A stretch of DNA of 64,000 nucleotides. Origin: Candidatus Sericytochromatia bacterium (GTDB taxonomy: Bacteria > Cyanobacteriota > Sericytochromatia > S15B-MN24 > UBA4093). Of this stretch, positions 59,274 to 64,000 are shown piece by piece; the stretch's first letter is position 1, and every line of letters starts with the position of its first letter. The position numbers were made by a program, and so were the translations under genes. The notes beneath the pieces are model-generated. The model did not search any database. It saw nothing but the letters and a program-made list of their open reading frames with translations, and was not told the DNA's origin. The DNA is taken from NCBI GenBank assembly GCA_036676495.1, contig JAKFCT010000066.1:1-64000 (forward strand), written 5' to 3'.

Positions 59274-60197
59274 TTAAGGAACAGGATGCTCCGTGATGGG
59301 GCCTGCCGGCTGGATGGCCAGGGCGGCCTCGAGGGAGGCGATCGCCACCTCGATTTGTTCGGCGTTGGCCGGCCGGGTCGTGACGCGCTGGAGCCACATG
59401 CCCGGCGTGGTGAGCCAGTAGGCGGTCCAGGCCATGAAGCCGGCCGACTTGTCGGTGCTGGTCTTGCCGGCGAGCCGGATCAGCTCGAAGGCCAGACCGG
59501 CGACCACCGGCAGCAAGGCCAGCTTCGCCACGGTGCGCTCGACCGCCCCCAGGTCCCCGCCGATGAACGAGAAGACCACGATGCTCATCAGCAAGGTGAC
59601 CAGCAGGAAGCTGGTGCCGCAGCGGGGGTGAATGGGCGAGAAGGCGAGCGCGTTCTGGACCGTCACCTCTTTGCCGGCTTCCAGGCAGTTGATGACCTGA
59701 TGCTCGGCCCCGTGGTACTGGAAGAGGCGTTTGACTTCCTCGAAGCGGGAGATGCCCAGCAGGTAGGCGAGGAAGATGGCCATCCGAACCAGGCCTTCGA
59801 TGGCGTTCAGGGCGATCAGGTTGCTCACGTACGGCTTGAGCTGGACGAAGACGACGGCGGGAAGGAACTTGAACAAGAGGATGGCGATGCCCAGTCCCAC
59901 GACCATGCCGAAGAAGCCGCCGCCCTTCGCGTCTTCCTGCTCGCCGGTGGCGACGGAGGCCGAGTAGTTGAGCATGCGGATGCCCACGGACATGGACTCG
60001 ACGAGGGCGCCGACGCCGCGGATGAAGGGGACCTTCAGGATGGGATAGCGCGTGCGCCAGGAGACCAGGGATTCCTGCTTGATGCGGATATCCCCTTCGG
60101 GGGCCCGGACGGCAACCCCCACTCCGTGGAGGCCGCGCATCATCACGCCCTCGATGACGGCCTGGCCGCCGATGGGATCAATGCGTGCGCTGCTCAT
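59274..60197 (-). CDS. DUF1385 membrane protein
   Basis: IGGQAVIEGVMM, YHGAEH, HPRCGTSF. Confidence 0.93.
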   Translation of the reverse strand: MSSARIDPIGGQAVIEGVMMRGLHGVGVAVRAPEGDIRIKQESLVSWRTRYPILKVPFIRGVGALVESMSVGIRMLNYSASVATGEQEDAKGGGFFGMVVGLGIAILLFKFLPAVVFVQLKPYVSNLIALNAIEGLVRMAIFLAYLLGISRFEEVKRLFQYHGAEHQVINCLEAGKEVTVQNALAFSPIHPRCGTSFLLVTLLMSIVVFSFIGGDLGAVERTVAKLALLPVVAGLAFELIRLAGKTSTDKSAGFMAWTAYWLTTPGMWLQRVTTRPANAEQIEVAIASLEAALAIQPAGPITEHPVP

Positions 60198-61076
60198 CTA
60201 GTTGCCTCGCGTGAAGACGCGGCGGACCACTTCACCCTTCGCTCCGAGATGGCCCAGGGAGCGATCGCCCAGGAGCACCTCGACGCCTCCGGCGTTCCCG
60301 ATGGCCACGTTCAGGTTGTCGTTGGCCGTCCAGGCCATGGCTTGGCCTGCGCGGAGGGTGCCTTCGTAGACCGGCTGGCCATCCTGGAGGACGCGGAGCC
60401 AGGAGGGCTCGCTCGCGACGATCCGGAGCCGGAGGGCCTCGCCGGGAGCCACCGAAACCGGCGTCGCGCTGGGCGTCGGGCGCGGAGTGGCGGTCGGGGT
60501 CGCGGCCGGGGCCGGGGTGGCAGCCGGCGGGGTGGCGGGAGCCGGGGTCGCGGGGGCGGGCGTGACGGTCGCTCCGCTCGGGCTGGCGGGGCTCACCGGG
60601 GCCGCACCGGTGGCGGCGGGCAGGCTCGGGCTGGCGGCGCCGGGCAGCGCCGAGGGCGAGGCCGGGGTCGCGGTGGGCAGCGGCGACGGGGTGACGAGCG
60701 GACCGGCTTCCGGCACGGAGCGCGGCGCGACGGCGATGAAGTAGATGACCACGCCGATCAGGAGGGCGGCGATCACCCAGGGGAAGATCCACCACGGCAG
60801 CGCGATCTCGCGCTTCTGGACGGGAGCGGGAGGCAGGGGTTTGGTCTCCCAGTACTGGTTCGCCAGGTCATCGGCAGGCAGGCCGACGGCTTGCGCGTAC
60901 TTGCGAATGAAGCTCTTGATGTAGACGGGCTCGGGGAGGCTGCTCTCGTCTCCCTCTTCGAGGGCCCGCAGGTGCGAGACCTTCATGCGGGTCTGGGCGG
61001 CAACCTCTTCGAGGGTCCGGCCGCGGGCTTCCCGGGCGACGCGTAAATCCTGTCCAATCTCGGCGAGCGTTCTCAA
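60198..61076 (-). CDS. rodZ: RodZ-like HTH-TM-DUF4115 protein
   Basis: N-terminal HTH (LEEG...YIKSFIRKYA), TM, Pro/Ala/Thr linker, SWLRV...IGNAGGV. Confidence 0.85.
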   Translation of the reverse strand: MRTLAEIGQDLRVAREARGRTLEEVAAQTRMKVSHLRALEEGDESSLPEPVYIKSFIRKYAQAVGLPADDLANQYWETKPLPPAPVQKREIALPWWIFPWVIAALLIGVVIYFIAVAPRSVPEAGPLVTPSPLPTATPASPSALPGAASPSLPAATGAAPVSPASPSGATVTPAPATPAPATPPAATPAPAATPTATPRPTPSATPVSVAPGEALRLRIVASEPSWLRVLQDGQPVYEGTLRAGQAMAWTANDNLNVAIGNAGGVEVLLGDRSLGHLGAKGEVVRRVFTRGN

Positions 61077-61810
61077 GCCTGGACCTCGTTTCTTGCTAGG
61101 CGGAAAAGGGTGTCGACTTCATCGGGACCCAGGGGGCGAACCTGGCCGGGGGCGAGATTGCCCAGCTTGACGGGGCCTACGGCGATTCGCTTGAGGCGCA
61201 AGACCGGGTGGCCGATCGCCTCGAACATCCGGCGCACCTGGCGGTTGCGACCCTCGTGGATGGTGACCTGCACCAGGGTCGAGCCGCCCTCATGGCCCAG
61301 CCGGACGACCTCGGCAGGCTGGGTGGGGCCGTCCTCCAGGACGATGCCCTCGCGCAGCTTCTGCAAGGCCAGTTCGGAAGGGCGGCCGCGCAGGGTCACG
61401 TGGTAGACCTTGGCGAGGCCGAAGCGCGGATGGGTCATGGCCAGGGTGAAGTCCCCATCGTTGGTCAGCAGGAGCACGCCGGACGTGTCGTAGTCGAGGC
61501 GGCCTACCGGGTGCATGCCCGGGACCGGGGTGACCAGGTCCATGACCGTGCGCCGGCGGCGCGGGTCCTTGACGGTGGTCACGTAGCCCTGGGGCTTGTG
61601 GAGCACGAGGTAGACGCGATCGCTCGGCTTGGGGAGGGGGCGGCCGTCGACCTCGATACGATCCCGCATGGGGTCGGCCTTGGAGCCTAGCTCCCGGACG
61701 ATCTTTCCGTTGACCGTGACCCTCCCGTCGAGGATCAGCTCCTCGCTGTGGCGCCGCGACGCGACGCCCGCGCTAGCGAGGACTTTTTGCAACCGCTGGG
61801 GTGTGGACAT
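61073..61810 (-). CDS. rluB: rRNA pseudouridine synthase (RluB/RsuA family)
   Basis: S4 RLQKVLA...SRR, VGRLD, EGRNRQVRRM. Confidence 0.88.
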   Translation of the reverse strand: MSTPQRLQKVLASAGVASRRHSEELILDGRVTVNGKIVRELGSKADPMRDRIEVDGRPLPKPSDRVYLVLHKPQGYVTTVKDPRRRRTVMDLVTPVPGMHPVGRLDYDTSGVLLLTNDGDFTLAMTHPRFGLAKVYHVTLRGRPSELALQKLREGIVLEDGPTQPAEVVRLGHEGGSTLVQVTIHEGRNRQVRRMFEAIGHPVLRLKRIAVGPVKLGNLAPGQVRPLGPDEVDTLFRLARNEVQA

Positions 61811-62792
61811 TGAGCTTCATTACCTCGCGAACCTCGGTGAGGGTTTCGATGGCGGTCTCCCGCGCCTTCTGGTTGCCTTCGTGAATCACGTCGTCGAGCA
61901 GATCCGGCTGCTGGGCGAAGTGCTCCCGACGCTCCCGCAGGGGATCCAGCACACCGTTGAGCGTGTCGGCCATCCGACGCTTGCACTGGACGCAGCCGAT
62001 GCTGGCCGAACGGCATTCCGTGTCGACCTGCTCCACCATCTGGGGCGCTAGCACCTTGTAATAGGAGAAGACGGTGCAGACTTCCGGATTGCCCGGATCG
62101 GACTTCCGCTGGCGCTGGGGGTCGGTGACCATGGTCATGACCTTCTGGGTCACCACGTCCGCGGGGTCCGCCAGCTTGATGTCGTTGCCGTAGGATTTGC
62201 TCATCTTCCGGCCGTCGGTGCCCACCAAGCTGGGGGCCTCGGTGAGGACCGCCTGCGGCTCGGCGAAGGTCTCGCCGTAGAGGTGGTTGAATCGGCGGGC
62301 CATGTCGCGGCTGAACTCCAGATGCGGCAATTGATCCTTGCCCACCGGCACGCGATCGCCCTTGAAGGCGAGGATATCCGAGCCCATCAGGACGGGGTAT
62401 CCCAGCAGGCCTTGCGTCATCGAGTCCTCGGCCAGGTGCAGCTCCTCGGCTTGCTCCTTGACGGTCGGATTCCGCTGCAGCCAGTTCACCGGGGTGATCA
62501 TCGAGAAGAGCAGGTTGAGCTCGGCCACTTCCAGCACGGAGGACTGGATGAAGAGGGTGGCTTGCTTCGGATCCACTCCGGCCGCCAACCAGTCCAGGAA
62601 CATCAAGCGGGTGTCCTGCCGGAGGTCGGCGGTATCGTTGTACTTGGTGGTCAGCGCATGCCAGTCGGCGGCGAAGAAGTAGCAGTCGTACTCGCTCTGC
62701 AGCCGCTCCCAGTTGGTGAGCACTCCGAGCCAATGCCCGAGATGCAACTGACCAGTTGGGCGCATGCCACTGAGAATCCGTTTCTTCGCCAA
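61773..62792 (-). CDS. trpS: Tryptophan-tRNA ligase
   Basis: SGMRPTG.LHLGH, VPVGKDQ, KMSKS. Confidence 0.96.
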   Translation of the reverse strand: MAKKRILSGMRPTGQLHLGHWLGVLTNWERLQSEYDCYFFAADWHALTTKYNDTADLRQDTRLMFLDWLAAGVDPKQATLFIQSSVLEVAELNLLFSMITPVNWLQRNPTVKEQAEELHLAEDSMTQGLLGYPVLMGSDILAFKGDRVPVGKDQLPHLEFSRDMARRFNHLYGETFAEPQAVLTEAPSLVGTDGRKMSKSYGNDIKLADPADVVTQKVMTMVTDPQRQRKSDPGNPEVCTVFSYYKVLAPQMVEQVDTECRSASIGCVQCKRRMADTLNGVLDPLRERREHFAQQPDLLDDVIHEGNQKARETAIETLTEVREVMKLNVHTPAVAKSPR

Positions 62793-62942
62793 GGGGGCCG
62801 CCTCCGTTTACGTCATGGGGGGTAAGGATTGGAAAATCCGATACATTGTAACACACGCTCCCCTCACGCGCGGGACGCACGGGGCCGGTTCGCGCAAGTT
62901 TCCGGCCCGAACGGGGCATAATTCCTTTAAAGGAGGCGAGCC

Positions 62943-63962
62943 TTGTTGAAGCCAGCCGTCGTGAAAACCAGCGTGATCGGCGCCCTCGCCCTGGGGGTGC
63001 TCGTTTCCGGCTGCGGCACCACCCCCTTCTTCTTCCCGATCACCGAGCAGGAACGCCAGCAGGTGGCCGCCCTCAGAGCTTTCCGCACCGCGGTCTCGCC
63101 TCAGACCAATCGTGCCATGAGCGTGTTTCAGCGCGATGTCATGAGTGTTCTATCCTTGAAACTTCCCACCGAGTACGGGGTGGACCTCGCTCCTTACCTC
63201 CTGCCCTTCCCGAAGGTCACCATCCCCGAGGCGCCGGCGGGGTACCAGATCAACAAGGATTCCGGCAAGAACCTGCTTGGATTCATCGTCCAGCCCCAGT
63301 ACTTCGTCACGGCGCAGGCCAAGCGCAACGAGCAGACGGGACCGGAGAGCTGGCAGTACGACCTCGTGATGCAGCCCAATCAGCAGGGGCAGTCCGGGAC
63401 CCTGAAGGTGATGACCTCCGGGGCCAGCTGGCAAGGCCGCTCGACGGAGTCGACCGCGACGAAGCCCTACATCTTCGGCATGCGCTACACGCGCCTCCCG
63501 GATTCGGTCCAGGCCAAGGCCGAGCTCAACTTGCAGCAGAACGCGGGAAAGGCCACGTTTAACGTTTCCCTGGGATCTTTCCAGGTGGACGGGGCGGGCT
63601 CGGATCTCTTGCTCCCTCAGAGCGTTTCCTTCGACGGCTCCATCCCGGGGCTTTCCTGGTACCTGAACGGCATGATGTCGATGACGACCGCGGTCAAGCT
63701 GAATGGCACGCTCACGGTCCAGGCCACCCAGGGCACGGATTCCTACATGGTGGAAGCGACCTCCGTCAACGGGGATGTGACCATGCGCCTCCTGAACGAA
63801 GAGAAGGGCATCGAGCTCAACCTCTACCTGCAGGCTGGAAAGCTGAAGGGCCAGGCCAAGAGCCGGGTCGACCGGCGCTATCTGCTGGCCGACATCGTCT
63901 CGACCAAGGACGGCAAGGTCATGATCAAGTACGGGGACGGCTCCCAAGAGGGGCTGTTCTAG
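62943..63962 (+). CDS. Hypothetical beta-rich lipoprotein
   Basis: AAAGGAGG RBS, lipobox VSGC. Confidence 0.75.
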   Translation: MLKPAVVKTSVIGALALGVLVSGCGTTPFFFPITEQERQQVAALRAFRTAVSPQTNRAMSVFQRDVMSVLSLKLPTEYGVDLAPYLLPFPKVTIPEAPAGYQINKDSGKNLLGFIVQPQYFVTAQAKRNEQTGPESWQYDLVMQPNQQGQSGTLKVMTSGASWQGRSTESTATKPYIFGMRYTRLPDSVQAKAELNLQQNAGKATFNVSLGSFQVDGAGSDLLLPQSVSFDGSIPGLSWYLNGMMSMTTAVKLNGTLTVQATQGTDSYMVEATSVNGDVTMRLLNEEKGIELNLYLQAGKLKGQAKSRVDRRYLLADIVSTKDGKVMIKYGDGSQEGLF

Positions 63963-64000
63963 GGATTGATCGCCCGCGAAACGTCATCCAGGGCCTCCAG

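Noticed and set aside
60460-60700. Low-complexity GC repeats
   Set aside because: Encode the Pro/Ala/Thr linker of RodZ

Overview
High-GC bacterial window. About 59 kb (roughly 0.3-59.2 kb) is a low-oxygen/nitrogen-oxide respiration island. It carries both nitrite reductases (copper NirK and cytochrome cd1 NirS with the full heme d1 pathway nirECFDLGHJN), both NO reductases (qNOR and cNOR norCBQD with a two-heme NorC), a cbb3 oxidase with its assembly genes (ccoNOQP, DsbD_2-type gene, ccoGHIS), two paralogous Crp/Fnr regulators, a NarL-type two-component system, USP, hemerythrin, EAL/MCP genes and many uncharacterised accessory genes. Housekeeping genes (DUF1385, rodZ, rluB, trpS) follow on the right and an IS remnant lies on the left. 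No nitrate reductase, nosZ, RNA genes or CRISPR were seen. Main observations: (1) a non-canonical Crp/Fnr box, (A/T/C)TGAG-N4-CTCA(T/G), at 7 promoters at class II spacing to a TAnnnT -10; (2) a second 16-bp motif, CGTAGTTTnCCCGGAT, at about 12 sites, usually 22-23 nt from a -10-like hexamer; (3) a Cys-rich CutF/CruR-like leader whose poly-Pro codons can pair with the next gene's Shine-Dalgarno, heading a probable copper-uptake operon; (4) an uncharacterised operon of single-unit and three-unit heme-copper-oxidase-fold proteins with DUF2249/SufT/DUF542/cupin; (5) a lipoprotein with an alpha-hairpinin-like cysteine pattern. All calls are by eye, without database searches.
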